The notes beneath the pieces are model-generated. The model saw only the letters and a program-made list of their open reading frames with translations. It was not told the origin of the DNA and did no database searches. The position numbers were made by a program, and so were the translations under genes. A stretch of DNA of 64,000 nucleotides from NCBI GenBank assembly GCA_027310185.1, contig DAIDBH010000006.1, forward strand, positions 64,001-128,000. Direction: 5' to 3'. The stretch is from Thermoplasmatales archaeon (GTDB lineage Archaea > Thermoplasmatota > Thermoplasmata > Thermoplasmatales > Thermoplasmataceae). This document shows positions 10,678 to 20,451 of the stretch, one piece after another. How positions within the stretch are numbered: position 1 is the first letter of the stretch; each line of letters opens with the position of its first letter.

Positions 10678-10986
10678 GTGGTGGTATGCGTGAGCAATGA
10701 ATATAAACCACTTCAAGAGCGATATAAACAGCTCAATAAGAGAAGAACTCTATTTGGATTTACAAATGGTCAAATAGCGAAAATTTTAAGCATAATAATA
10801 CAGATGTATGTACTTATCTACCTTACCTCGCAAATTCCACCTGCAAGATTTTTCTTGGCCCTCGAATTGCTATTCTCCTTCGCTGGTATTATATTCGTTT
10901 TTTCAAAAATTATCCAGTCAGAAAAGGAAATCAAGAAGTTTACGGGTCATTACTATCTATTTCCACCTCAGGAGATTTATGAATGA
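10678..10986 (+). CDS. Hypothetical two-TM membrane protein
   Basis: 102-aa ORF with two hydrophobic segments; start uncertain. Confidence 0.5.
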   Translation: MVVCVSNEYKPLQERYKQLNKRRTLFGFTNGQIAKILSIIIQMYVLIYLTSQIPPARFFLALELLFSFAGIIFVFSKIIQSEKEIKKFTGHYYLFPPQEIYE

Positions 10987-11173
10987 AACATTTTAGTAAA
11001 TTAAAATGTCAACGAAATTACAGAATCTCAATATCTTGACCAAGAAGGATCATCTTGAAACTGACGATTTTAGCGTTTCCCCATGTAAAGTTTTGCTAAC
11101 CACAAAAAATAAAGATTTTTGTTACAAAGCAAAGAGAATTTTTTGATATGATAATATATAAATTTGTATGTGA

Positions 11174-11320
11174 AAGAAAGTCCAGATGTACATAGGACAT
11201 AAGGATATCTCCATTACACATGAATACACGTATCTTATGACGCAGGACGTCCAGATAGCGATACATAACCTTCACTCAAGGGAGAGGAAACTCCTTTTTT
11301 TCAGAAAATTTATGAGGTAG
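11174..11320 (+). pseudogene. C-terminal remnant of a tyrosine recombinase/integrase
   Basis: Manual translation KKVQMYIGHKDISITHEYTYLMTQDVQIAIHNL... resembles box II VQxxLGHxxIxTTxxYTHL. It is preceded by an in-frame TGA and ends about 57 nt from the tRNA-Trp 3' end. Confidence 0.7.
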
Positions 11321-11377
11321 AAATATGCGCGGTCTAAAAAAGAAAAACAGTACAGATACCAAGGTATTCGTCAGTGA

Positions 11378-11518
11378 TGGGGACACTGGGATTTGAACCC
11401 AGATCTGCGGGTCTCTTCCCGGTTCATAGTTCCAGTCAATCATCACCATATCAGTTGACCCGTTTCTAATCAAAACCTGACTGGAGCCCAATAGGATGCC
11501 TGATTACCCCATGTCCCC
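11378..11518 (-). tRNA. tRNA-Trp(CCA) with 68-nt intron at 37/38 (11413..11480)
   Basis: Acceptor GGGGACA/TGTCCCC, anticodon loop CTCCAG|A, T-arm CTGGG-TTCAAAT-CCCAG, upstream TTAAATA box. Confidence 0.95.
11413..11480 (-). ncRNA. Intron-encoded box C/D guide RNA for C34 and C39 of tRNA-Trp
   Basis: D' CTGA, C' GTGATGA, D-like ATGA. Guides CGGGTC and TGACTGGA are complementary to the pre-tRNA, and the N+5 rule lands on C39 and C34. Confidence 0.85.
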
Positions 11519-11668
11519 GTAAGTTCTGAATTGGATAAAACTATTTAACAGTGACTCTGCGTTCACTGTAGTGCATTTAGGTTTTATGATTTATCTTACA
11601 GTGGATAATTATATTGAGGCGCTTTCAATGAGTGAGAAAACTTAAGAAACTTAGAACAATGTAATTTC

Positions 11669-12079
11669 ATGAAGGTAAGTTTAGGTTTTTCTTACATACT
11701 CACTTTTACAGGATCAATAATAAGCATGGTTTCAGGAGTTTTTCTGGCACTGATCATATTTATTGTTGGCCTCGATCCAGGATCAGAAAAAGCACTCAAC
11801 TTCCTCAAACCCATTGAGATAAACCCCTATGCTGCCCTTGCTGTGATAGCACTCAGCTTCATTGTAATCATTTTCTGTTATTATGGCAGAGGAAAGGGTT
11901 TCTACGGGATAGGAGTTCTTGCAGTAGTCTTTAGCATCATAATTCTGGCCATAAGAGGTGGGTTTTACATTGGACCTCTATTTTCAATCGTTGGAGGATT
12001 CCTTGTTTACAAGAACGAGAAAGTTGTAAACTCAAGAAAGGAAGAAATACTTGAAGAAGAAATAATAGGGAAAATCTAG
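11669..12079 (+). CDS. Hypothetical membrane protein
   Basis: Four hydrophobic segments, GGFYIGPLFSIVGG motif. Confidence 0.75.
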   Translation: MKVSLGFSYILTFTGSIISMVSGVFLALIIFIVGLDPGSEKALNFLKPIEINPYAALAVIALSFIVIIFCYYGRGKGFYGIGVLAVVFSIIILAIRGGFYIGPLFSIVGGFLVYKNEKVVNSRKEEILEEEIIGKI

Positions 12080-12176
12080 AACTTAAACTACAAACCGTAG
12101 AAATTTAGGTAAATCGCGTCATTCTTTTAAAACAATCACTAAAATTAAAATATTTAAAAATAAAAAAGAGGTGAAA

Positions 12177-12284
12177 TCAGGATTTATTAGCCCTTCTCTG
12201 CCTTTTCAGTCTTCTAATTCTCTTCTTTTTCCATTTCCATCGCATGTTTCCTCTCTTTTTCCAATCTCTTGAACTTCGTTTCAA
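12177..12284 (-). CDS. rpl41e: Ribosomal protein eL41 (L41e), 35 aa, TTG start
   Basis: Manual translation [35 protein letters not shown] with SD GAGGTGA upstream. Absent from the ORF track. Confidence 0.92.
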   Translation of the reverse strand: MKRSSRDWKKRGNMRWKWKKKRIRRLKRQRRANKS

Positions 12285-12402
12285 TATTTCACCTCAATCG
12301 TGAGACAATACTTATTTTGCCCACATAAAGTATAAGGATATTAAGACTTCTTATAAATATTTATTTTGTGAACCTTTATTTATTCTATTACATTCTGATT
12401 TT

Positions 12403-12744
12403 ATGCCTGAAGACATTCAAAAATATATCAAGGACATGATGAACACTCTTCCATCTGAAGAAATGTATCTGGAGGCTGTACGTGACATTGTAAAAGACCT
12501 CATAAAGGAATACATCAGGAAGAAACTTAATGAAGACCCTGAACTTAAGAAAGAACTTGCTAAGGTTATAGAAGGGTACCTTGAAGCCAAGATCAAGGAA
12601 TACGACTCCATGGCCAAGATGGCCAAGATTACAGCAAAGATAGGATTCATGAGTGCACCACAGTCCTTAAGAGATACAGCGACCAAGGATATCGTGGATA
12701 CTTTCAGAAAGGAAATAGAGGAAATTATTCTGAGAACGCTTTAG
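12403..12744 (+). CDS. Hypothetical alpha-helical protein
   Basis: 113-aa ORF with normal codon usage; 3' end overlaps the DP1 gene. Confidence 0.75.
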   Translation: MPEDIQKYIKDMMNTLPSEEMYLEAVRDIVKDLIKEYIRKKLNEDPELKKELAKVIEGYLEAKIKEYDSMAKMAKITAKIGFMSAPQSLRDTATKDIVDTFRKEIEEIILRTL

Positions 12745-14170
12745 GAAGAAAATTTTTCTTTATGACTGTTTTTGAATTCAGGTCAAATAGCGTGGCTATG
12801 CATGGATCCGGAGAATAGTTCATCATTTTCTGGTATTCAGTCTGGGATTGCCATGTTGATGAATTCACGTATCTTACACCCTTGTAATTTCCAAGATAGT
12901 GACCGTGAATATGTCCTGTGATAAAAATATCAGGAACGTCCCTGAAGATATGAGGATCGAACTGGTTGGGGACTATTGGCGTCCTGCCACCATAAACCGG
13001 ACCCATATACCTTCTTTTCAGCATCAGTTCTATTGCCTTTCCCACACTGTCAAAGTTACCCCCTGGAATCAATTCGATGAGATCATTGAGTGACATCCCG
13101 TGATAAAGAGTTATCAACTTCTTCTTGATCCTCAGGTTATAGGGATTGGGCAGGAACCTGACATTTCCTGTGAACATCTGCCTGATCGCCGGATTCAACT
13201 CGGGCTGAGGCTCTGCTAATCTCACAGTGTCGTGGTTCCCCGGCATGATATAAACATTTATGTCTGATGGTATTTGATTCACGAAATCAGCCAGGTATTC
13301 ATACTGTTCCTTTGGATTTATGATTTCAAGATCATTTTCCTGGTTTGGATAAACACCGATACCATCCACCACGTCTCCACTCAGTATGAGGTGCTTTAAA
13401 TTTGCAGCTTCATCGCCTGATGACTTGATCCACTTGAGGAAGCTGGTGAAACCGTCCTTTATGAAAGTCTTGCTACCCACATGAATATCAGATATGGAAC
13501 ATACATATTCTGGTGGTAATCCTGTATCATCAATTAGTCTTTCTGGAACATCCGGTCTTATCAATTCGTTTGCAAAAACCACTGGTTCAGAGTTTTCCCT
13601 GTCATTGTTCGCCCTGGGTCTGCTTCCAATAACACCAACTACCTCGTCGTTGAGAAGCAGCTCCTGGGACATTGGGTTCTTCTTCAGGATTATTACGTCT
13701 ATGTAAGATTCAGTGTCTTCTATCCTGAATTTCTTATGGCCGTTTCTGGTCTCAGTAACATTACTGATCATTCCTACTATCTTCACTTCCCTTGAATCCC
13801 TTTCCCTTACCGAAGAAATGGAATCAACCTGCCTCAACTTTCCGGCATTCACTATGATGCTCTTCAGAGTTTCATACCTGTTCACAAACATCTTCCTGAA
13901 ATCCTCAACGGAGCTGTTTGCCTTGATATCGTTCACGTCTATTTCCCTTATGGCCGATGGATTCTTCTCCTGATTACCTCCAATAAGGTTCAACACATTT
14001 TCCCTTCCGATTATGCCTGATTTGATTGTTTCATTATCTATTAGGTGGGTTATCATTGTGCCAAGGGATTTTTCCATTATAATCTGTAAGGCCGCAGGTT
14101 CCACTATCATACCTCTTGAATTGAAGAATTCAAGGATCTTGTTCCTATCCGTGAAAATTCCTGAGACCAT
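12725..14170 (-). CDS. polB: DNA polymerase D small subunit DP1
   Basis: OB fold plus phosphoesterase motifs SDIHVGS, GDVVDGIGVYP, PGNHD, YHG, GHIH, WQSQTEYQ. Confidence 0.95.
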   Translation of the reverse strand: MVSGIFTDRNKILEFFNSRGMIVEPAALQIIMEKSLGTMITHLIDNETIKSGIIGRENVLNLIGGNQEKNPSAIREIDVNDIKANSSVEDFRKMFVNRYETLKSIIVNAGKLRQVDSISSVRERDSREVKIVGMISNVTETRNGHKKFRIEDTESYIDVIILKKNPMSQELLLNDEVVGVIGSRPRANNDRENSEPVVFANELIRPDVPERLIDDTGLPPEYVCSISDIHVGSKTFIKDGFTSFLKWIKSSGDEAANLKHLILSGDVVDGIGVYPNQENDLEIINPKEQYEYLADFVNQIPSDINVYIMPGNHDTVRLAEPQPELNPAIRQMFTGNVRFLPNPYNLRIKKKLITLYHGMSLNDLIELIPGGNFDSVGKAIELMLKRRYMGPVYGGRTPIVPNQFDPHIFRDVPDIFITGHIHGHYLGNYKGVRYVNSSTWQSQTEYQKMMNYSPDPCIATLFDLNSKTVIKKNFLPKAFSE

Positions 14171-14281
14171 AATAACAATATTTCACTGTCTTATAAAGGG
14201 ATTTCCGTCTTCCCATTTCCACATACCATGAAGTTGTTTTAAGATGTAGTTAGTAATACTGGGACAAAACTGTGGAAGAAA

Positions 14282-15148
14282 ATGAGCAGGAGAAATGATA
14301 TTATTCTGTTTGTAGTTATGGTTTCATTCTGGGCCCTGAACTTTATTCTCGTTAAATTTGCATTGAATTATGTTAACTCTTTCACTCTCCTATTCTACAG
14401 GATCCTTATTTCACTTTTGGGCATATTGATTATATTCAACAGGAAGCTGAGGTTCAGGATAAGAAGGGAAGAGATTCTCCCACTTTTTATTCTTTCCATG
14501 CTGAATGTGTTCATCTTCATGGAACTCTGGTTCATAGCTGAAACTTCAATTTCCTCTTCCCTCTCTGCAATTCTCATTTATACATATCCTGTAATCTCAA
14601 CGTTGTTTTCCATCATATTCCTGAAGGAATCCTATAACAGGCATGTACTTTTAGGCATCCTGCTGGGGTTTGCAGGTGTTACAGTAATATTTTTCCATGG
14701 ATTGATCTCAGGCATTGGAATAGGTGTTGTAATAGCATTCCTGGCATCAGTCAGCTGGGCAACGGGCACCATATATTACAAGAAATATTTAGGGAAGATA
14801 GATAGGGAAACCACAAATTTCTATCAGTTTGCTTTTGCCATTGTCCCTTCCCTGCTTGTAGCAGGAGCATTTCAACCAAACATAACGATTTTCGAACCCA
14901 ATGCAGTATTCCTGGTAATAGTTCTCATAATAGGATTTCCCGGAACTGCCATGGCATATTATGCCTTCCTTCACCTGAATAGGGAATACAGGGTTTCCAC
15001 AATTTCATCCTTCCTATTCCTTGTTCCTGCACTTTCTGTAATCCTGAGTTTTGTCATACTGGATGAGATACCTTCAATTTATGAGATGGGGGGCCTGTTA
15101 CTGGTAAGCGTTGGGATTATATTTTCAGCCAAGGGGAGCAGAAAATAG
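14282..15148 (+). CDS. DMT/EamA family transporter
   Basis: 10 TM segments in two EamA repeats. Confidence 0.88.
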   Translation: MSRRNDIILFVVMVSFWALNFILVKFALNYVNSFTLLFYRILISLLGILIIFNRKLRFRIRREEILPLFILSMLNVFIFMELWFIAETSISSSLSAILIYTYPVISTLFSIIFLKESYNRHVLLGILLGFAGVTVIFFHGLISGIGIGVVIAFLASVSWATGTIYYKKYLGKIDRETTNFYQFAFAIVPSLLVAGAFQPNITIFEPNAVFLVIVLIIGFPGTAMAYYAFLHLNREYRVSTISSFLFLVPALSVILSFVILDEIPSIYEMGGLLLVSVGIIFSAKGSRK

Positions 15149-15202
15149 CAATTTTATTAAGAAAAAGATTTTATAAAATTTGTGGTTGTAACTAAAATGG
15201 GT

Positions 15203-16153
15203 CTATTCTGTTATATTTTCCATCTTCTTGAGTTTTCTTGAATTCTTCACTGCCTGCCCATATATGGCAAACAGTCCCAGCAGGAGGATGAGCCCAAACG
15301 CAGTTATGATAAAGAATGCGGTATCCATGGGCCCTGAAGCCGTCACACTCTGTACGTTTATTGCACCCTTGAAAGCCGTTGGATACACAAGAAAGTTCAA
15401 TGTGAACACATCCAGCGCAACCCATGATACCAGGAATGCCTTGTTCTTCAATAATGGGCGCAATTTCCTGATGTATGAAAGAACAACAGGCATCACGATT
15501 ATGATGACTGGAATGATGATTAATACTGATAACACAGCACTGTTTAGCAGATAAAATGCCACTCCTCCGAACATAATGCCGAGAAGTAAGAATACTGCGC
15601 TTCTGCCCATGTTTCCTGCATCATAGAACACGTAGGATAGCCCGGCGATCAGGAATACCGCTGATAATATCAGCATATATGATGAGGGATTCATGAACCA
15701 TCCAACCGGGCTGAAACTCATGGAATTGATACTTACGCCATCGCTTCCAATTATTCCGCCAACGACAAGCAGGGCAATGAAGCCTATGAACAGCGTGACT
15801 ATTGAGTATGCCCTGAACATGTTTTTTCTTGTCATCAATCCCTTTGAACTTACGAACTCCCCAACAACAAATGTTGCGTTCCTTGCCACGAAGAAGATCA
15901 GGAATATCATGATTTCCCCTGCGTATATTGAAGCCAGAGGAACTATTATTTTTGGGAATGCAAAGTCGGATGCTACTACCCAGAATGCGGCAAAAGTTCC
16001 GGTGATTTCCCATATGGGAGTGATATATGAAATAACCTTCTTGTTGCTCCTCTCCCAGTTGAACAACATCTGGAATGCACCCATGGCTTCTGACAGGAAA
16101 AGTGCCATGAATGCGGCGAAAATGGCGAATACTAGATAGAATGTATAATTCAT
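15203..16153 (-). CDS. cydB: Cytochrome bd oxidase subunit II-like (copy 1)
   Basis: Very hydrophobic, PIWEITGTF motif, 1 nt downstream of cydA. Confidence 0.75.
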   Translation of the reverse strand: MNYTFYLVFAIFAAFMALFLSEAMGAFQMLFNWERSNKKVISYITPIWEITGTFAAFWVVASDFAFPKIIVPLASIYAGEIMIFLIFFVARNATFVVGEFVSSKGLMTRKNMFRAYSIVTLFIGFIALLVVGGIIGSDGVSINSMSFSPVGWFMNPSSYMLILSAVFLIAGLSYVFYDAGNMGRSAVFLLLGIMFGGVAFYLLNSAVLSVLIIIPVIIIVMPVVLSYIRKLRPLLKNKAFLVSWVALDVFTLNFLVYPTAFKGAINVQSVTASGPMDTAFFIITAFGLILLLGLFAIYGQAVKNSRKLKKMENITE

Positions 16154-16154
16154 T

Positions 16155-17528
16155 TCACACCCCTCCCTGCTTATTTGAATTCCGCTTTTCTTTTATGTCA
16201 CCAGATTCATAACTTGATGGCTTTCCCCTGAATACCCTGGCGAAGAAATAGAAGGTAAATGGTATGAGGAAAAGATAGAAAGCAATTATGAGGTAACCTG
16301 GCACAATCAGGGCATTAGAGTAGTTAGCTGCCTGGTTTACAGTCATTATGTTGTAAATGATCCATGGCTGTCTTCCCACTTCATCTGTCACCCATCCCAT
16401 GTCATAAACAATGAGTGCAAAAAACCCGACTGCAATTTCAAGGTACATTATGCTTTTTCTTTTGAACATATCCTTTCTCAGTACTTCGTAAATGAAGAAT
16501 ATGAAGAAGAATAGACCGAGTATAAGTCCTCCCAGAACCATTACGTCAAATGATGTGTGGACGAATAGAGGAGGCCAGTCAGATTGTGGGTATGAAGAAA
16601 GACCGGGCAACTTTGTGATTCCTGCTTCAAAATTTGCCAGAAATGCCTGCAGTCCTGGTACTGTTATTGAACCGACAATTCTACCATTCACTATGGAACC
16701 AAGTAGATGTTCACCAAAACCACTTCCAGGATTTGGATCAAGTTCTATGGCTGCGTATTTTACAGGCTGATACTTGAGAAGGCTAATTACCTCGTTTCCA
16801 CCTGTGATTCCTGCAAGCAGAATGAAGACTGCAGACATCCATCCGGAAATTCTTATTCCAAGTTTTGTAATCAATCTTGTTTCACTGTCCTTTGATCTGA
16901 TATACTGGTATGCAAAGAAGGCCCCCAGTATAACAAACCCTACAAAGATCGTTGTTGTTAGAACATGAGCAAGTTCGTTGAATGTGGAAACAGTATCAAA
17001 TGGAGCAAATGGATTCACGTCTGTAATTTTCCCTGTGCTCAGATAAACTGATTTATTGAAGCCGTTTGGTGTGTTCATCCATGCGTTTACCATTGTGATG
17101 AATACGGCAGACATGATAACACCAATTGCAACAAGAATGGATATTCCAAGATTCGCATATTTCCATCTAAACACATCCTGATAATATACATAGATGACCA
17201 GTGCAAACGTTTCAAGGAAGAATGCAGAAACTTCTGCGTAGAAGAGTGATATGGCACCGGTGCTTGATACAAATGTCATGAATCCTGGAAACAGGTTAAC
17301 CAGTTCCACTGCCAGAACGATACCGCTTGCTGTACCCACACCGAATGAAACTATAAACATTCTCTTGAGCTTGAAGAGCATCGTTTTATACTCCGGTTTA
17401 TCCTTTCTTGTAAGCATAAATTCAAGTATTACTAGTATCAGGCTCAGCGCTATGCTTGCACTCACTATAATTATATGAGAACCTATTGTGTATGCAAACA
17501 GGAACCTGTCAAAATTAGCTGACAGCAT
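16155..17528 (-). CDS. cydA: Cytochrome bd oxidase subunit I (copy 1)
   Basis: GSHII, GTASG, NAWMNTP, QPVKYAAIE, GWVTDEVGRQPW. Confidence 0.93.
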   Translation of the reverse strand: MLSANFDRFLFAYTIGSHIIIVSASIALSLILVILEFMLTRKDKPEYKTMLFKLKRMFIVSFGVGTASGIVLAVELVNLFPGFMTFVSSTGAISLFYAEVSAFFLETFALVIYVYYQDVFRWKYANLGISILVAIGVIMSAVFITMVNAWMNTPNGFNKSVYLSTGKITDVNPFAPFDTVSTFNELAHVLTTTIFVGFVILGAFFAYQYIRSKDSETRLITKLGIRISGWMSAVFILLAGITGGNEVISLLKYQPVKYAAIELDPNPGSGFGEHLLGSIVNGRIVGSITVPGLQAFLANFEAGITKLPGLSSYPQSDWPPLFVHTSFDVMVLGGLILGLFFFIFFIYEVLRKDMFKRKSIMYLEIAVGFFALIVYDMGWVTDEVGRQPWIIYNIMTVNQAANYSNALIVPGYLIIAFYLFLIPFTFYFFARVFRGKPSSYESGDIKEKRNSNKQGGV

Positions 17529-18192
17529 AATTTTTAACCTCCTTTCTTCTTATTATTGAATTGAAATTGAAGAAGCCGGCCCACAGGAAAATGATCCCTA
17601 GAAGCTCAGCATAATAAAGTGTTTCAGGGAATGATACTATATAAAGTGAACCTGCCACACTTACAATGAGTGTACCTATAATTATGCTGATCATCTTTTT
17701 ATTTGAGGTTTTTCTGAACGATATAAGAGCGGTTATAATGAGTATTACTGCTGCAGGGAACGAGATTATTGAAGACGTTATTATTACAGCTATGGGAAGT
17801 GCACCTGCTACTACACCACTTATGAGAATGTTTCCAGTGGGAATTAGCGCCAGAGTAACAGCAAGAAGAATATCGGCTATAACAGAGAAAATTGAGTAGA
17901 CCCTGTTATAAATGGGTTTTTTTAGCAACAGAATGGAACCCATGGACAGTGACTGAACAAGAACAGCCACAGTGAACAGGTAGAGATCAAAGAGTAACTG
18001 ATCGGCAGCTCCAATGGCAAAAAATATCTCGAGGAGGGCATCAATGAAGAACAACCATAATCCGAGAGACCAGAAAAACTGGCTTTTCCCATGGGAAGTT
18101 GTGTAATTCCTTGTCATGAAGACTGCCAGTATGAAACTGGCGACCGATACGAACAAAGTTGTACCAAATAATACGTTTAACATGATTATCAT
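17515..18192 (-). CDS. Hypothetical 7-TM membrane protein, overlaps the cydA start
   Basis: Seven hydrophobic segments, no soluble domain, 14-nt overlap with cydA. Confidence 0.8.
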   Translation of the reverse strand: MIIMLNVLFGTTLFVSVASFILAVFMTRNYTTSHGKSQFFWSLGLWLFFIDALLEIFFAIGAADQLLFDLYLFTVAVLVQSLSMGSILLLKKPIYNRVYSIFSVIADILLAVTLALIPTGNILISGVVAGALPIAVIITSSIISFPAAVILIITALISFRKTSNKKMISIIIGTLIVSVAGSLYIVSFPETLYYAELLGIIFLWAGFFNFNSIIRRKEVKNYAVS

Positions 18193-18232
18193 TCAGGTAT
18201 GAGAGGATTATATATCTATGTTAATGGATAAT

Positions 18233-18300
18233 AATACACAACAATTATTGCGAAGACGCAAATATGTGTATATTTGTGCTTAATTGTGTAATTTTGTATG
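18233..18300. promoter_or_regulatory. Helically phased TGTG repeats plus a short palindrome, putative operator
   Basis: TGTG at 18265, 18275 and 18285, TGTA at 18295, inverted CACA at 18237, TTGCG-AAGA-CGCAA at 18248-18261. Confidence 0.45.
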
Positions 18301-18363
18301 AAATGAAGTGAAAGGATGAATATGTCATAAATATTTATTTTGTGTTTCACCATACCTGTGTGA

Positions 18364-18933
18364 ATGTCCAGAATAAACGTGAGCCTCAGACCAGAACTGG
18401 TGAAGGATTTGAACGATATGTGTGAAAAGAGCAGGAAAACCGTTAGTTCTACTGTTGCAGAGGCCATTTCATTCTACATGAAGATGAGTAAGATGGGTCT
18501 TCGCCTTGATGACCTTGAAAAGGCAGGCTATCTCCTTGGATTTCTTAAGGAGACAGATTCTGTTCCAATACCCAGTATATTACTTGATGGGATGATAAAG
18601 AACGCCATGTCATTTTCTGAGGACTCCACGTTGAAGAAGTGGTACGACCGTGGTTTGGTTGCAGGTGACATCCTGAAGAAGTATGCAGAAAACCTGGATG
18701 ACCTTGGCAAGATGCTGAAGGAGTACAGGGATGTAATTCCAGCAAGCATGCTTGATATAGAATTCAACGGTGATTCAGTGACAGTAACACTTTCGGGGGC
18801 CGGTTACAGCCTTGAAGCCTCCAAATGCACTGGTGCGGGCATTGATGGATTCCTCATGGCATTCAATTTCAGATCGGTCAGTAAGGAGCTATCTGAAGGT
18901 TTTGTGAAGGTTGTCGCCGAACAGGTCAGATAA
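18364..18933 (+). CDS. Ribbon-helix-helix (CopG-like) regulator with V4R-like C-terminal domain
   Basis: N-terminal RINVSLRPELVKDLNDMCEKSRKTVSSTVAEAI. C-terminal GLVAG...ASKCTGAGIDGFL...GFVKV fits a V4R-like fold (inference). Confidence 0.7.
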   Translation: MSRINVSLRPELVKDLNDMCEKSRKTVSSTVAEAISFYMKMSKMGLRLDDLEKAGYLLGFLKETDSVPIPSILLDGMIKNAMSFSEDSTLKKWYDRGLVAGDILKKYAENLDDLGKMLKEYRDVIPASMLDIEFNGDSVTVTLSGAGYSLEASKCTGAGIDGFLMAFNFRSVSKELSEGFVKVVAEQVR

Positions 18934-19005
18934 AAACTGTGTAAAATTGTGTTATATAAGAAAAAATTTAAGAAAACAATAAATTAAAAATAAGAATATG
19001 AGTGC

Positions 19006-20451
19006 ATGACTTATGATGACCTTAATGATTTCATTTCCGATCGAAGGAAAAAAAATGATTTCATCCAGATGGAAGATGAGGTAAGCACTGAACTGGAACT
19101 TACCTGGATTCTGAGTGAGGAAGAGAGGGCAGGAAAGGGAAGAACGATTCTCTTTGAAAAGGTAAAAGGCTACGATATCCCGGTTATTGGTAATATTTTT
19201 TCAACACAGGAGAAGATGAATTCCATTCTTGGAGACACACCGGAGAATGTTGGAAATGCCCTGAGAAACCTGATCAGGCCGCCGAAAGAAAGTGAGTCGC
19301 TGATTGGCAGGGGCATGGAGATGCTGAAGGAACTTGGAGGATTGAGGCCAAAATTGCACGACAAATTACCATCTTCCTATAGTGTTATCAATTCCGTTGA
19401 CCTGGACAGGTATCCCATATGTACAACATGGCCGGATGATGCAGGACCATTCATTACACTACCTGTGGTCATTACGAGTGATCCTGAAACAGGCAGGAAA
19501 AATGCAGGCATGTACAGGATGCAGAAATATGACTCGGAAACCATGGGAATGCACTGGCAGATCCATAAGGATGGGGCAAAGCATTTTGATGAATATAAGG
19601 AGAAAGGAAAGATCATGGATGTGTCTGTTACTCTGGGAACAGACCCACTAACAATATTCTCGGCAGTTGCTCCCCTTCCAGATCCACTTGATGAATTCTC
19701 ATTCTGGGGACTGATCAGCAAGGACAGGGCAAACCTTGTAAAAGGGCAGAGTGTTGATCTTTATTATCCGATGAATTCAGAAATTGTACTGGAAGGCTAT
19801 ATTGATACTTCCGAATCGAGGATAGAAGGTCCCTTTGGAGATCATACTGGATATTATTCACTGCAGGAAGTGTTCCCTGTATTTCACGTGAAGAAAATAG
19901 TGGAGAAAAAGAATCCTGTCTATCCAACAACCATTGTGGGCAAGCTGTGGCATGAGGATGTGATAATGGGAAAATCCATAGAAAGACTGTTTCTTCCTCT
20001 TGTAAAGTTGCAGATACCGGAAATTGTTGATATGAATACGATGGAGGAAGCAGTGTTTCATGACATGATAGTTGTTTCCATAAAGAAGAGATTCCCCGGT
20101 CATGCAAAGAAGGTTATGTTTGCTGTGTGGGGTACCGGTCAGCTGATGTTTTCCAAGATAGTGGTTGTTGTTGATGACGATATAAACGTACATGACAGAA
20201 AACAGGTCATATGGGCCATGAGCACCAGGATTGACCCTGCAAGGGATGTCATTATTATCCCCGGAACACATACAGATACGCTTGATCATGCCTCATCGCT
20301 TCTGAACTATGGATCAAAGATGGGTATAGATGCAACCAGGAAATGGAAATCGGAGGGATTTAACAGGCCATGGCCGGAAACACTTTCAATGAAACAGGAT
20401 ATTCAGGAAAGAGTAGATCAACTGAGAACGAAGTTCAAGAATCAAAATTAA
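19006..20451 (+). CDS. ubiD: UbiD-family decarboxylase (menaquinone/futalosine pathway, MqnL-like)
   Basis: NAGMYRMQ, MHWQIHKDG, EGPFGDHTGYY, VVDDDINV, DTLDH, KMGIDAT. Confidence 0.92.
   Translation: MTYDDLNDFISDRRKKNDFIQMEDEVSTELELTWILSEEERAGKGRTILFEKVKGYDIPVIGNIFSTQEKMNSILGDTPENVGNALRNLIRPPKESESLIGRGMEMLKELGGLRPKLHDKLPSSYSVINSVDLDRYPICTTWPDDAGPFITLPVVITSDPETGRKNAGMYRMQKYDSETMGMHWQIHKDGAKHFDEYKEKGKIMDVSVTLGTDPLTIFSAVAPLPDPLDEFSFWGLISKDRANLVKGQSVDLYYPMNSEIVLEGYIDTSESRIEGPFGDHTGYYSLQEVFPVFHVKKIVEKKNPVYPTTIVGKLWHEDVIMGKSIERLFLPLVKLQIPEIVDMNTMEEAVFHDMIVVSIKKRFPGHAKKVMFAVWGTGQLMFSKIVVVVDDDINVHDRKQVIWAMSTRIDPARDVIIIPGTHTDTLDHASSLLNYGSKMGIDATRKWKSEGFNRPWPETLSMKQDIQERVDQLRTKFKNQN

Noticed and set aside
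11276-11491. 71-aa ORF
   Set aside because: Overlies tRNA-Trp and its intron.
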